Shown in pieces: positions 9,218 through 17,826 of a stretch of DNA of 24,502 nucleotides. Both the position numbers and the translations under genes were made by a program. Source of the stretch: Candidatus Heimdallarchaeota archaeon (lineage in GTDB: Archaea > Asgardarchaeota > Heimdallarchaeia > Heimdallarchaeales > Heimdallarchaeaceae); contig JAEOTE010000055.1 of NCBI GenBank assembly GCA_016839945.1, forward strand, positions 1 to 24,502, read 5' to 3'. Each line of letters opens with the position of its first letter. Position 1 is the first letter of the stretch. The notes beneath the pieces are model-generated. The model ran no database searches, was not told the origin of the DNA, and saw only the letters and a program-made list of their open reading frames with translations.

Positions 9218-10154
9218 TTTCAGAGGTCCACTTTTGAATAGTATCTATAATCTCTTGAGATTCAATTGGATGTCTTTTTATTTTTTCAAGAAGTTGACTT
9301 AATTCATGTCGTCTAGTAGTTGTTAAAGCTCCCATCTCCATCAATGCATCTCTTGCTTTTGTAAAAGCATCTACTAGTTCATCTCTATTGCTTCCAACGT
9401 ATACTACAGATAGAAGATTTTCGAAAATCTGTTCTGGAGCTAATCCACTCCAATTTTGTGAGACATCAGTCATCTCAGCAAAATCAGAAGAGACTAACAC
9501 ATATCCTTTTCCTACTTTCTTCACATTTTCCTTTTGAACCAATCTAAATAGAGCTCTGTTTGCTTCTTGTGGATTTAAATTTATTTTTTGAGTGATTTCC
9601 TCTTCAGTTTGAGGCATTTCATCCTTAAGAAGGACTCCTAGAATCTTTTGTTCATCAGTTCCGTTTTCTCCAGAATGTTTAATCAGATTTGTTAGAGATT
9701 CAACGAAAATTTCATTTGTTGGTCGTTTGAAGAAGGACATCATTTTTGAAATATAATCGTTAGTAGGATCACTTAAATCGTCCTTTTTTTCAACAATAAC
9801 TTCAGCAACAGGTGCTGTAGGTATTGGACTATTTTTTAGTTGATCAATCTCTTGTTCTTTTTCCTTTAGCAAGTTTTGTAATTCATACTCTCTATCGCTT
9901 CTTGCTTTTTTATCTTGTTCAAAATATAATCTTTCTTCTTCTACTTTACTAGAATAATTACCCAATTCTTGATCTTTCTGTGCTATAACAGCATTAAGAT
10001 CAACTATTTGTTTTTGAAGATCCTCTAATGCAGCAGTTTGATTTGCTAGTCTTTGTTGGAGTTGAGCTATAAACTCTTTTTGAGCTTGTTCTCTTAATTT
10101 TGCCTTTCTAGGATCATCAGATGAATCTTCTGTATCGAATGGATTATGAACCAT
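9207..10154 (-). CDS. Hypothetical coiled-coil + winged-helix + helical C-terminal domain protein
   Basis: Heptad-rich Q/E/K segment of about 90 aa, a Pro-rich linker, and wHTH-like EQKILGVLL..PQTEEEITQKINLNPQEANRALFRLVQKENVKK. ATG at 10154 is preferred over the TTG at 10187. Confidence 0.7.
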   Translation of the reverse strand: MVHNPFDTEDSSDDPRKAKLREQAQKEFIAQLQQRLANQTAALEDLQKQIVDLNAVIAQKDQELGNYSSKVEEERLYFEQDKKARSDREYELQNLLKEKEQEIDQLKNSPIPTAPVAEVIVEKKDDLSDPTNDYISKMMSFFKRPTNEIFVESLTNLIKHSGENGTDEQKILGVLLKDEMPQTEEEITQKINLNPQEANRALFRLVQKENVKKVGKGYVLVSSDFAEMTDVSQNWSGLAPEQIFENLLSVVYVGSNRDELVDAFTKARDALMEMGALTTTRRHELSQLLEKIKRHPIESQEIIDTIQKWTSETTE

Positions 10155-10244
10155 ATCTATCCCTAATCTTAATTCAAGAAGAAACAAATAAAGTTATTTA
10201 TTCACAAATAAAATAATGAGATAAATAAATGCTTGAAAATATTT

Positions 10245-10856
10245 CTAACAGACTTTCAAGATCTCTTTAACTATAATGTCAAAATATTCTGTATTCTTGT
10301 CAACAGTAACATATGGCCATAATTCGTTTTCTGTACTCATCATATAGTCTGATAAAGCCATAACATCACCAACACCATATCCAAGTTCCTTTTTGTTTCT
10401 TGCTAGGAAATTATCAAAATTTCTAAGTAATTTATCTTCTTCTGCTTTTGCTCCTTTTGTATCTTCTATTCGATCTGGATTGTTGAGTCTATTAAATCTA
10501 GTTCTCATAGAAGTATGAAATGCAATGACAAAAACATTATCATCACCATAATGTTTCTTCAAAACTTCAACTTCAGAAACAGCCCTGATACCAGATAGAA
10601 AAACTCCAGGAATATCATCTGAAAGAACATCAACTTTTTTCATTAATCTTTCAGTGAAATAACTGTCCGAGATTTTTTTACATTCGTCTGTGACTTTCTT
10701 AATGTTTTCAGGTGTAAATTCAAGACCTCTTCCAGTTACTTCTTCTAAAACCTCAGTTCCAGTTTCATATAGAGGCATATTATATTTAGGACCTATTTTT
10801 TTAGCATAAGTAGTTTTACCACACAATGGCAAACCAGAAAGTACAATAATTTTCAC
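10245..10856 (-). CDS. UPF0200 / dephospho-CoA-kinase-like P-loop kinase
   Basis: Walker A GLPLCGKTT, SGIR..SEV, and C-terminal ARNKKELGYGVGDVMALSDY typical of this archaeal family. GTG at 10856 follows a GGTGA SD. Confidence 0.75.
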   Translation of the reverse strand: MKIIVLSGLPLCGKTTYAKKIGPKYNMPLYETGTEVLEEVTGRGLEFTPENIKKVTDECKKISDSYFTERLMKKVDVLSDDIPGVFLSGIRAVSEVEVLKKHYGDDNVFVIAFHTSMRTRFNRLNNPDRIEDTKGAKAEEDKLLRNFDNFLARNKKELGYGVGDVMALSDYMMSTENELWPYVTVDKNTEYFDIIVKEILKVC

Positions 10857-10872
10857 TTTATTCACCTTTATT

Positions 10873-10945
10873 TTTGGCCAGAGAGCACTTTCTCTTCACC
10901 GCTAGCCATGACATTGCTCCGAGAAGTCTATGATAAGCTCTGGCC
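10873..10945 (-). ncRNA. Candidate K-turn-containing small RNA, H/ACA-guide-like
   Basis: About 49% GC island in AT-rich intergenic DNA. It has a basal stem GGCCAGAG/CUCUGGCC, an internal loop, an upper stem UUCUC/GAGAA, a K-turn (CGGA opposite GGUGAAGA) and a 3' AAA. A TATA-like TTTATATT lies about 21-28 nt upstream. Confidence 0.6.
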
Positions 10946-10999
10946 AAATATTATTGAAAATATGTAATATAAAAAATCGCTGGTTGGAATATAAGAAAA

Positions 11000-12229
11000 T
11001 TAAAGGAGTCTTTTTTCTCCTTCTAGTTTCTTAATATCTGCAATATTCTGAGTAACTTCAAGTACTCCTTTGTATTCTCCTTTCTCATTTCGCAATGGGA
11101 AATATCTTATGTAAACTAATTTTTCTCCAAGATTTAACCAAAAATCTGCTTTGTCTAAAGTATTATTTCTAAAACCTTCAATAATTTTTAGTACTCTGTC
11201 AACACTTTTATCTGGATGACAATTTTCTACTGATCTTCCTACAACACTTGGAGTTCTGACAAAAATTCTGTCTGGACCTTCGCTATAGAATTTTACTATA
11301 TTATCTTCATTTACATATGTGATATCAACTGGGAGAGTCTTAAAAAGCATTAAAAGTTGTTCCAAAGATAAAGCACCAGTACCGAAATCAATCAAACTGG
11401 AATCTATTTCTTCTTTTGGTTCCTCCTCACTAACAGCTGTAATCTCTGGTAATTCAGGAGTGAAACAGCAATAACCAACTTCATCAAATTGCTTTCTTAT
11501 CTCTATCCATTCTGAATCCTTAAACAGTTGCATAGCTGTTGGGAAAAGAACACGATTTTCTTTTGAAAAGTGTTCAGCTAATAGCTCTGCTAGTCCATGA
11601 GCATGGAGGTGATATTGTTTTACAAATTCTTGATAATCTAGAGTTGATTTATTCTCTATTAATGAATATAATTTCTTTTCAATATCTCTTATTCGATCAT
11701 GATCCATCCACATTATTTTTGGTGGTTGAGTAACACCATATTTTTCTAATTGAGAGAATAGAATGTTTTCTTCTCGTAAATAATGACTTTCTGAAGCTTT
11801 CAGATGTTTAACAATTCCTTCTATTTTAGTTAGTTCATCTTCCATCTCAGCAAGACTTCCTTTTTCTTTGATTTGTTTATATAAATCACGTAATTCGTTC
11901 GCATATTCTAGGAGTAGTGAATGTTCTTGCATCAGTATGTTTACTGGATGTCCTTCAGGAGCCAAATCTGCATCTTCTTTTAATGATTCTTGCATAACTG
12001 CTAAATGAACATCACACATATGGTGTATCTCTTCTGCAGGCATACCTTCTTTAATTAACAGTTCCTCAGCTTGTGAAATTTGTAGTGGGGTTAATTTTTT
12101 AATAACTCCTTTAAATTCCTCTTTTACTTTCACAGGATCTTCTCCCCTGTGTAATTTCTTGATTAATTCCTTTATTATTTCTTTATTTTCTTCTGAAGAC
12201 TTACCAATCTTTTCATGCATCTTAACCAC
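11000..12229 (-). CDS. DUF438 + hemerythrin-like + PAS domain protein
   Basis: IKKLHRGED...ISQAEELLIKEG...MCDVH (DUF438), GHPV..LMQEH, HYLREENILF, MWMDHD and HFSKENRVLFP (hemerythrin), and LPVDITYV...RIFVRT...NCHP...GVLEVTQ (PAS). An alternative ATG lies at 12220. Confidence 0.9.
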   Translation of the reverse strand: MVKMHEKIGKSSEENKEIIKELIKKLHRGEDPVKVKEEFKGVIKKLTPLQISQAEELLIKEGMPAEEIHHMCDVHLAVMQESLKEDADLAPEGHPVNILMQEHSLLLEYANELRDLYKQIKEKGSLAEMEDELTKIEGIVKHLKASESHYLREENILFSQLEKYGVTQPPKIMWMDHDRIRDIEKKLYSLIENKSTLDYQEFVKQYHLHAHGLAELLAEHFSKENRVLFPTAMQLFKDSEWIEIRKQFDEVGYCCFTPELPEITAVSEEEPKEEIDSSLIDFGTGALSLEQLLMLFKTLPVDITYVNEDNIVKFYSEGPDRIFVRTPSVVGRSVENCHPDKSVDRVLKIIEGFRNNTLDKADFWLNLGEKLVYIRYFPLRNEKGEYKGVLEVTQNIADIKKLEGEKRLL

Positions 12230-12368
12230 TTTTTTAATTCATATTGGAGACATATATATCCCCTATATGTTTGAGCTTTCTTTTTTCTGATGTAAATAAA
12301 TATTTAGTTTATTCAAGATTTAAGGATTGTTTAATCTAAGTTTTTATTTGATAAAAAATTGTCTTAAT

Positions 12369-12382
12369 GGAAGATTTTAAAT
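12369..12382 (+). promoter_or_regulatory. Putative BRE-TATA promoter of grpE
   Basis: GGAAGATTTTAAAT lies about 47 nt before the ATG, and a GAGGG SD sits at 12417-12421. Confidence 0.45.
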
Positions 12383-12428
12383 GTCAGTAAATGTTCTGAA
12401 AAACGCTATTTAAGGCGAGGGTACTCTC

Positions 12429-13091
12429 ATGGAAGAAAAGAATGAAGAAGAATTCATCGAAGTAGATGTGGAATCAGTAGAAGAGACCAAGGATACAAAA
12501 AAAGTAGAAGAAGATGACCAAGAAACTAAAGAACTTAAAGAAGTGAGAGAAGAAGTACTTAATTTCATAAAAGATGCTAATACAGATAAGCTTCTTGAGA
12601 AATATATTGCTTTGTTCAGAGATCTTAAAGATTCTAACAAATTGAAAGAAGAATATCTTGAAACAGCTCAACTGGTCCAAGCTGAGTTTGAGAACTATAA
12701 GAAACGTATTCATAAAGATCAAGAATGGTATAGTTTTCAAAACAAACAGAAAATTTTACAAAAATTCTTACCTATATTTGATGATATTGAACGAACAAAC
12801 TTGATGTTTGAAAATCAACCAGATCCAGTAGAATTAAAAGAAGCTATAGGATTAATTTTCAATAATCTAAAATCAACATTCGAATCCTTAGAACTTGAAA
12901 TTATTGAACCAATAAAGGAAACATTTAATCCTCAATATCATGAAATAGTTCATTTCATTGAAGGAGAGGATTTAAAGGACAACCAAATAATGGAAGTAAT
13001 CTCTAAGGGATTTAAACTTGGGAATATTGTTATTAGACCTGCAAAGGTTGTTATCTCAAAGAAAGCTAAAAAAGATAAAAGTAAAGAATAA
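12429..13091 (+). CDS. grpE: Nucleotide exchange factor GrpE
   Basis: Acidic N-terminus, QAEFENYKKR, LPIFDDIER, FNPQYHE and KGFKLGNIVIRPAKVVI. Confidence 0.95.
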   Translation: MEEKNEEEFIEVDVESVEETKDTKKVEEDDQETKELKEVREEVLNFIKDANTDKLLEKYIALFRDLKDSNKLKEEYLETAQLVQAEFENYKKRIHKDQEWYSFQNKQKILQKFLPIFDDIERTNLMFENQPDPVELKEAIGLIFNNLKSTFESLELEIIEPIKETFNPQYHEIVHFIEGEDLKDNQIMEVISKGFKLGNIVIRPAKVVISKKAKKDKSKE

Positions 13092-13186
13092 ATCATCAAA
13101 CCATTCAGCAAATCTTAATTATTAGTTTATATTACATGTTTTAAGTGCAAAGAATTGTGCATTATTGAATAATCAAAGGTTTTGAA

Positions 13187-14227
13187 ATGAGTAAGTTAGG
13201 AATAGTATCCTATGGTTCTTACGTTCCTCAATATAGGATTAATGTAGAGGAGATAGCAAAGGTTTGGGGAGAGGACCCTAATGAAATTAAATCTCAATTG
13301 CAGGTCAATAGCAAATCAGTTCCTGGACCAGATGAAGATGTAACAACTATGGCTGTTGAAGCTGCAAGAAATGCAATGAGTAGATGGAAGGGGAATCCTA
13401 AGGATATCGGAGCATTATATGTTGGAAGTGAATCCCGAGCATACGCTGTTAAACCAACAGCTACAATAGTTGCTGCTGCAATTGATGCTGAAGGAGCACT
13501 TCAAGCTGCCGATTTAGAATTTGCATGCAAAGCAGCTACAGCAGGAATGCAAATGTGCTTTGGATTAGTTAAATCTAAAATGATTTCCTATGGATTATCA
13601 ATAGGTTCAGATAGTAGTCAAGGAAGACCTAGAGACCCTCTTGAATATACAGCTGGAGCAGGAAGCGTAGCATTCCTAGTCGGTTCAGAAAATGTTGTAG
13701 CTGAACTTGAAGGAACATACTCTGTTACAACTGATACTCCTGATTTTTGGAGAAGAGAAGGAGCAGTTTATCCTTCTCATGGTGTAAGATTTACCGGAGA
13801 ACCAGCTTATTTTCAGCACACAGTTAATGCTTCGAAAGGATTGATGGAAGAATTAGGAACAAAACCTCAAGATTACAAGTATGTAACATTCCACCAACCA
13901 AATACTAAATTTCCTTTAAGAGTTGCTAGAATGTTAGGATTTTCTAAGGAACAGGTAGAACCGAGCTTGGTATGCAGAGATATTGGTAATACATATTCTG
14001 CATCCTCTTTGTTAGGATTATCACAACTTCTTAATAAGGCTCAACTAGGAGATAAAATATTTATGACATCTTATGGTAGCGGTGCCGGAAGTGATTCGTT
14101 TTCTTTTGAAGTTACTGATGAGATAGAAAGAGTTCAGGCATACCAGTTCAATGTTGATTATTATGTTAACAGAAAGGAGATAATTGATTACGGAATCTAT
14201 GCTCGATTCAAAGGAGTTTTGAGGTGA
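13187..14227 (+). CDS. Hydroxymethylglutaryl-CoA synthase, archaeal type
   Basis: [16 protein letters not shown] (catalytic Glu), DLEFACKA (Cys114), [14 protein letters not shown] (His), IGNTYS and SYGSGAGSD. Confidence 0.95.
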   Translation: MSKLGIVSYGSYVPQYRINVEEIAKVWGEDPNEIKSQLQVNSKSVPGPDEDVTTMAVEAARNAMSRWKGNPKDIGALYVGSESRAYAVKPTATIVAAAIDAEGALQAADLEFACKAATAGMQMCFGLVKSKMISYGLSIGSDSSQGRPRDPLEYTAGAGSVAFLVGSENVVAELEGTYSVTTDTPDFWRREGAVYPSHGVRFTGEPAYFQHTVNASKGLMEELGTKPQDYKYVTFHQPNTKFPLRVARMLGFSKEQVEPSLVCRDIGNTYSASSLLGLSQLLNKAQLGDKIFMTSYGSGAGSDSFSFEVTDEIERVQAYQFNVDYYVNRKEIIDYGIYARFKGVLR

Positions 14228-14231
14228 TACT

Positions 14232-15413
14232 ATGAGTTCGAATAAAGTATATGTTATCGGATATGGTATAACAAAATTCGGAGAATTATACAGACAAGGA
14301 CCAAGTTCATTGGCTGCACAAGCTTTAACTGATGCAATAGTAAATTCACAAGTAGATAAAAATCAAATTCAAACAGCATTCTTTGGTTCTCTTGTTTCAA
14401 GCTCTAACTCTCAACCTTCTATTGGTGCTTCATGTATAAGAAATTGTAACCTCAATATCCCAATAACTAGGATAGAAGCGGGAAATGCAAGTGGTGCAGC
14501 CGCATTCTACCAAGCTTATCTTAGCATATTAAGTGGAGTATACGAATGCACTGCTGTTATTGGAGTAGAAAAATTAAGTGACTATGTTCAAAGTGGTGTT
14601 ATTGAGAGAATATTAGGTTCCACAATTGATTATCAATGGGAGTATGAAATGGGAGCTACTTTGACTAGTCTTTATGCAATGTTAACAAAAGCTCACATGA
14701 AGGAATTTGGCACAACCTTGGAACAACTTGCTTCTGTCCCTGTAAAGAATCATAAAAATGGAGTTCATAATCCCCAAGCTCAATTTAGAAGAGAAATAAA
14801 AATTGAAAATTTCTTAAAAGCAAAACGAATTTCTGATCCAATTGGAAGATTTGATCCTGCTACTTATTGTGATGGTGCAGCAGTTGTAATTTTAGCTTCT
14901 TCAAAATATATCGAAGAAAATTCTGATATCTCAACTCAAATTCCAATCTTAGGATCAGGTCAGGCATCTGACAGTTTAGCTCTTCATCATCGTGATTCTT
15001 TAACAACTTTTTCTTCTTCTACAAAAGCTGCAACTGTAGCTTACATTGAAGCAAAATTATCTCCTAAAGATATCAATTTTGCAGAAGTACATGATTCATA
15101 TCCTATAGGTGAAATTTTAGCAATTGAAGACCTAGGTTTCTTTACAAAAGGAGAGGGGAATAAAGCAACTCAAGAAGGATTAACTGAATTAAATGCTGAA
15201 ATTAGCGTAAATCCAAGTGGAGGATTAAAATCTAGAGGTGATCCTTTTGGTGCAACAGGAGTTGCTCAAATAGTTGAGATAGTTGAACAAATGAAAGGAA
15301 GCACTGGACAAAGACAAGTATCAGATAACAACTATGGTCTTACACAAAATGTACTAGGTACTGGCGCAATGTCTTACGTAAATATCTTTGGAAAAGATGA
15401 GGTGAAAAAATAA
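14232..15413 (+). CDS. Thiolase-fold protein (archaeal/SCP2-like acetoacetyl-CoA thiolase family) with non-canonical active site
   Basis: Thiolase motifs GVEKL, VKNHKNG..NP.AQ, DGAAVVIL, AEVHD and NPSGGL are present, and the gene lies between HMGCS and DUF35. EAGNASG replaces EAACASG and GDPFGATG replaces GHPxGATG. Confidence 0.88.
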   Translation: MSSNKVYVIGYGITKFGELYRQGPSSLAAQALTDAIVNSQVDKNQIQTAFFGSLVSSSNSQPSIGASCIRNCNLNIPITRIEAGNASGAAAFYQAYLSILSGVYECTAVIGVEKLSDYVQSGVIERILGSTIDYQWEYEMGATLTSLYAMLTKAHMKEFGTTLEQLASVPVKNHKNGVHNPQAQFRREIKIENFLKAKRISDPIGRFDPATYCDGAAVVILASSKYIEENSDISTQIPILGSGQASDSLALHHRDSLTTFSSSTKAATVAYIEAKLSPKDINFAEVHDSYPIGEILAIEDLGFFTKGEGNKATQEGLTELNAEISVNPSGGLKSRGDPFGATGVAQIVEIVEQMKGSTGQRQVSDNNYGLTQNVLGTGAMSYVNIFGKDEVKK

Positions 15414-15802
15414 TGGAACCACCAAAAATATGGAGAGAAAGAAGAGAAAGATATCTTGGAATAGGTAACAAGTGTTTAGATTGTAATGAAAAAAGCTTTC
15501 CAAGAACAGATTATTGTTTGAAATGTAGTAGTAAGAATATCGAAGAGTATAAACTATCAAAAACAGGCAAGATACTGCAATTTACACAAGTAACACAACC
15601 AGCACAGGAACACATTTTCTACAGTCCTTTCATTATAGGTTTAATTGAATTAGATGATGGAATACAAGTTACAGGTCAAATAGTTGACTACAATTATGAT
15701 GATGTCAAAGAGGGGATGAAAGTAAGGATGACCTTCAGAATTTTATCAATAGATAATGAAGAAGGTTTAATCAAATATGGGTACAAATTTGTACCTTACT
15801 AG
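15413..15802 (+). CDS. DUF35 Zn-ribbon/OB-fold protein (scaffold partner of thiolase/HMGCS)
   Basis: WR...RY.G..KCLDC...FPR..CLKC Zn ribbon followed by OB-fold PFIIGLIELDDG...GMKVRMTFR...YGYKF. Confidence 0.92.
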   Translation: MEPPKIWRERRERYLGIGNKCLDCNEKSFPRTDYCLKCSSKNIEEYKLSKTGKILQFTQVTQPAQEHIFYSPFIIGLIELDDGIQVTGQIVDYNYDDVKEGMKVRMTFRILSIDNEEGLIKYGYKFVPY

Positions 15803-17178
15803 TTATTTTTTGCTTTAATATGATGAAAAGAATGAACTTTGAGACCAATTTGCTCAAATTGAGTTTTTACTCCATCTAACTCATGAACATATTGTTGTTC
15901 TTTTCCAACAAAAAATCCATGAATTCCTCCTAAGATCATATCCTTTATTGTAATAAAACCCCAACCACAGCCAGCTTTCTTGTTATCACAAAAAGCTATG
16001 TAGGAATTTTCTTTAGATAATTCAATATTTATTTCTAATTTGTCTCTTACTTTCTTAGGTAATTGATGAACTATGTTTCCATTAGAGCAGAAGGGACAAG
16101 TTGGAGAAAATAGTGATTTTAATCTTCTTTTAGCTTCTTGAAAAATTTTGGAGAACCAGTATCCTGAAGTTTCTTTTACTAGCTCATCAAAGCTCATTTT
16201 TGGAATTTTACTTAGCTGAATGATTCCAGGTAATTCGTCAATCGTCGCAACATCGAGAAGATGTTTAAAACCTTTTACTGTTGTTCTTATTACTTTGGGA
16301 TCTTCAAAATGCTTTTCAACAAACTCATTGTCTTTTGGGATGTAAGGTTGAAGATAGCCTTCATCTGGTTTTGTTGTATCAATATTGAAGAAGATTGCTC
16401 GAGTAGCTGTTGGGAATTTTTCTGTTTTTGGACCAAAGTAGTATACAGCAAAATCCATTAGCTTAGGATGTATATCATCATCAGGTTCATCTATTAGAAA
16501 AATCAGCATTTGATCTGTTTGTGTTAAGGTAAAAGCTAAAGGTGGTAGAGTTGGTTTATTTAGGTAAACAGATTTTAGTATTCCTATTCTTCTAGATGCT
16601 AGAACTTCCTCGATTTCTCTAACTGCCTTTACTATATTTGGGGGTGCTTGATATTCAATTGGAGGAGAAATATCATAACTCTGATCTATTAGCGAATTTT
16701 CAAAATCAGAATTCCAAAATTCCTTTATCCACTCCCAAGGAAGATATACAACATTCTTCTTTAGATACCATAATTTTGATTCACGTGTTTCGCTATCATA
16801 GTAATAATATAATGGGTGACTTCTGGAAGATTTCTCCATGATAATAACTGGGATTGCTTTCATTTTTTCAAATTTTTCACAGTAAATTGGATCCATTCCA
16901 GTATTTAATGATCGGATACAGCTGAGTAGTTTCAAAGCCGGTTCTTGTAGTTTAATTTCTATTTGTTCTTCATCACCAACAAATGGATCGCTAGCAGTTC
17001 CGCTTCTTGCCCTAATACAGAGGAGAAGATCATCTTTGTATGCACACATAATTACTCTCTTGTAACTCTCGTAGAAATCCACTCCTCTCGTATAAATATT
17101 ACACATCTCTATTGTAAAGCCTTGGTCTTGTAAATAAGCTTCCACTAGCTTCATAAAGTTGGTTTTGAACAGGCTCAT
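15799..17178 (-). CDS. Hypothetical protein: degenerate PD-(D/E)XK-like domain(s) plus C-terminal C4 zinc ribbon
   Basis: The N-terminal domain aligns by eye with the 341..1033 nuclease. C-terminal CPFC...FCDNKKAGCGW resembles a topoisomerase-type Zn ribbon. ATG at 17178 is preferred over the TTG at 17241. Confidence 0.6.
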   Translation of the reverse strand: MSLFKTNFMKLVEAYLQDQGFTIEMCNIYTRGVDFYESYKRVIMCAYKDDLLLCIRARSGTASDPFVGDEEQIEIKLQEPALKLLSCIRSLNTGMDPIYCEKFEKMKAIPVIIMEKSSRSHPLYYYYDSETRESKLWYLKKNVVYLPWEWIKEFWNSDFENSLIDQSYDISPPIEYQAPPNIVKAVREIEEVLASRRIGILKSVYLNKPTLPPLAFTLTQTDQMLIFLIDEPDDDIHPKLMDFAVYYFGPKTEKFPTATRAIFFNIDTTKPDEGYLQPYIPKDNEFVEKHFEDPKVIRTTVKGFKHLLDVATIDELPGIIQLSKIPKMSFDELVKETSGYWFSKIFQEAKRRLKSLFSPTCPFCSNGNIVHQLPKKVRDKLEINIELSKENSYIAFCDNKKAGCGWGFITIKDMILGGIHGFFVGKEQQYVHELDGVKTQFEQIGLKVHSFHHIKAKNN

Positions 17179-17334
17179 AATCGAACATCTTTTTAATTGA
17201 TGATAAATTTTCTTATCTTTTTGAATCTTACTAGTATACAAATATTTCTGTTTGTATCATTTGGTCAAACTATCATATATACATTGTTTAAAATCATATA
17301 AAAACTAAATATACGGCCCCACAACTTTGAAAAT

Positions 17335-17826
17335 TTAATCTAGAGAAAGAAGTGCAAGTAATTCTTCTACAATTTGAAGTGTATTGGATTTTTCTTTTGT
17401 TACATCCATTTGAATAAAATCACATACACAATCTGGATGAATTATAGCTCTGTAACCTTTCGAAAGTTTTCTGATAGAGAATGGATATAGTTGACATGCT
17501 AAAGGTTTGAATTCATGAACCTTACATAAGTTATTCTCATCTACAAATGCACATTCATTTACGAATGGTTTTCTTCGCAAGATATATGCCTTGGTTACAC
17601 CATTTTCTACGTTTGGACAGGGTACTAAAATAGGACTGAGCTCTTCAACAGCTTGATCAACTTCTATACCATTTTCTACCATCTTAATAATGTCTTCTTC
17701 AGTTGCAGGTATGTTATTTAGTTTACAGCATTCAGCACAGTTCTTACATTCAAAAAAGATATCTTTTAACACTTCAATAGAACCATCATTATTTACAGTA
17801 GCTATTGGAGTGTTACTAATGTCCAT
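17335..17826 (-). CDS. YkgJ-family cysteine-cluster (Fe-S/Zn) protein
   Basis: FECKNCAECC...CAFVDENNLCKVHEFKPLACQLYPF. An alternative GTG start lies at 17835. Confidence 0.88.
   Translation of the reverse strand: MDISNTPIATVNNDGSIEVLKDIFFECKNCAECCKLNNIPATEEDIIKMVENGIEVDQAVEELSPILVPCPNVENGVTKAYILRRKPFVNECAFVDENNLCKVHEFKPLACQLYPFSIRKLSKGYRAIIHPDCVCDFIQMDVTKEKSNTLQIVEELLALLSLD

Noticed and set aside
10876-10946. tRNA interpretation of the GC-rich hairpin (7-bp acceptor-like stem, about 71 nt)
   Set aside because: There is no TTCRA T-loop, D-arm or cloverleaf on either strand.
10873-10948. Eukaryote/Loki-type SECIS in the 3' UTR of the DUF438 gene
   Set aside because: The RUGA strand is on the 3' side, opposite to SECIS orientation, and no in-frame UGA selenoprotein candidate is adjacent.
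10873-10948. Simple intrinsic terminator or SAM riboswitch (CUUAUCA start)
   Set aside because: No U-tract follows the stem on either strand, and the SAM-I core elements are missing.
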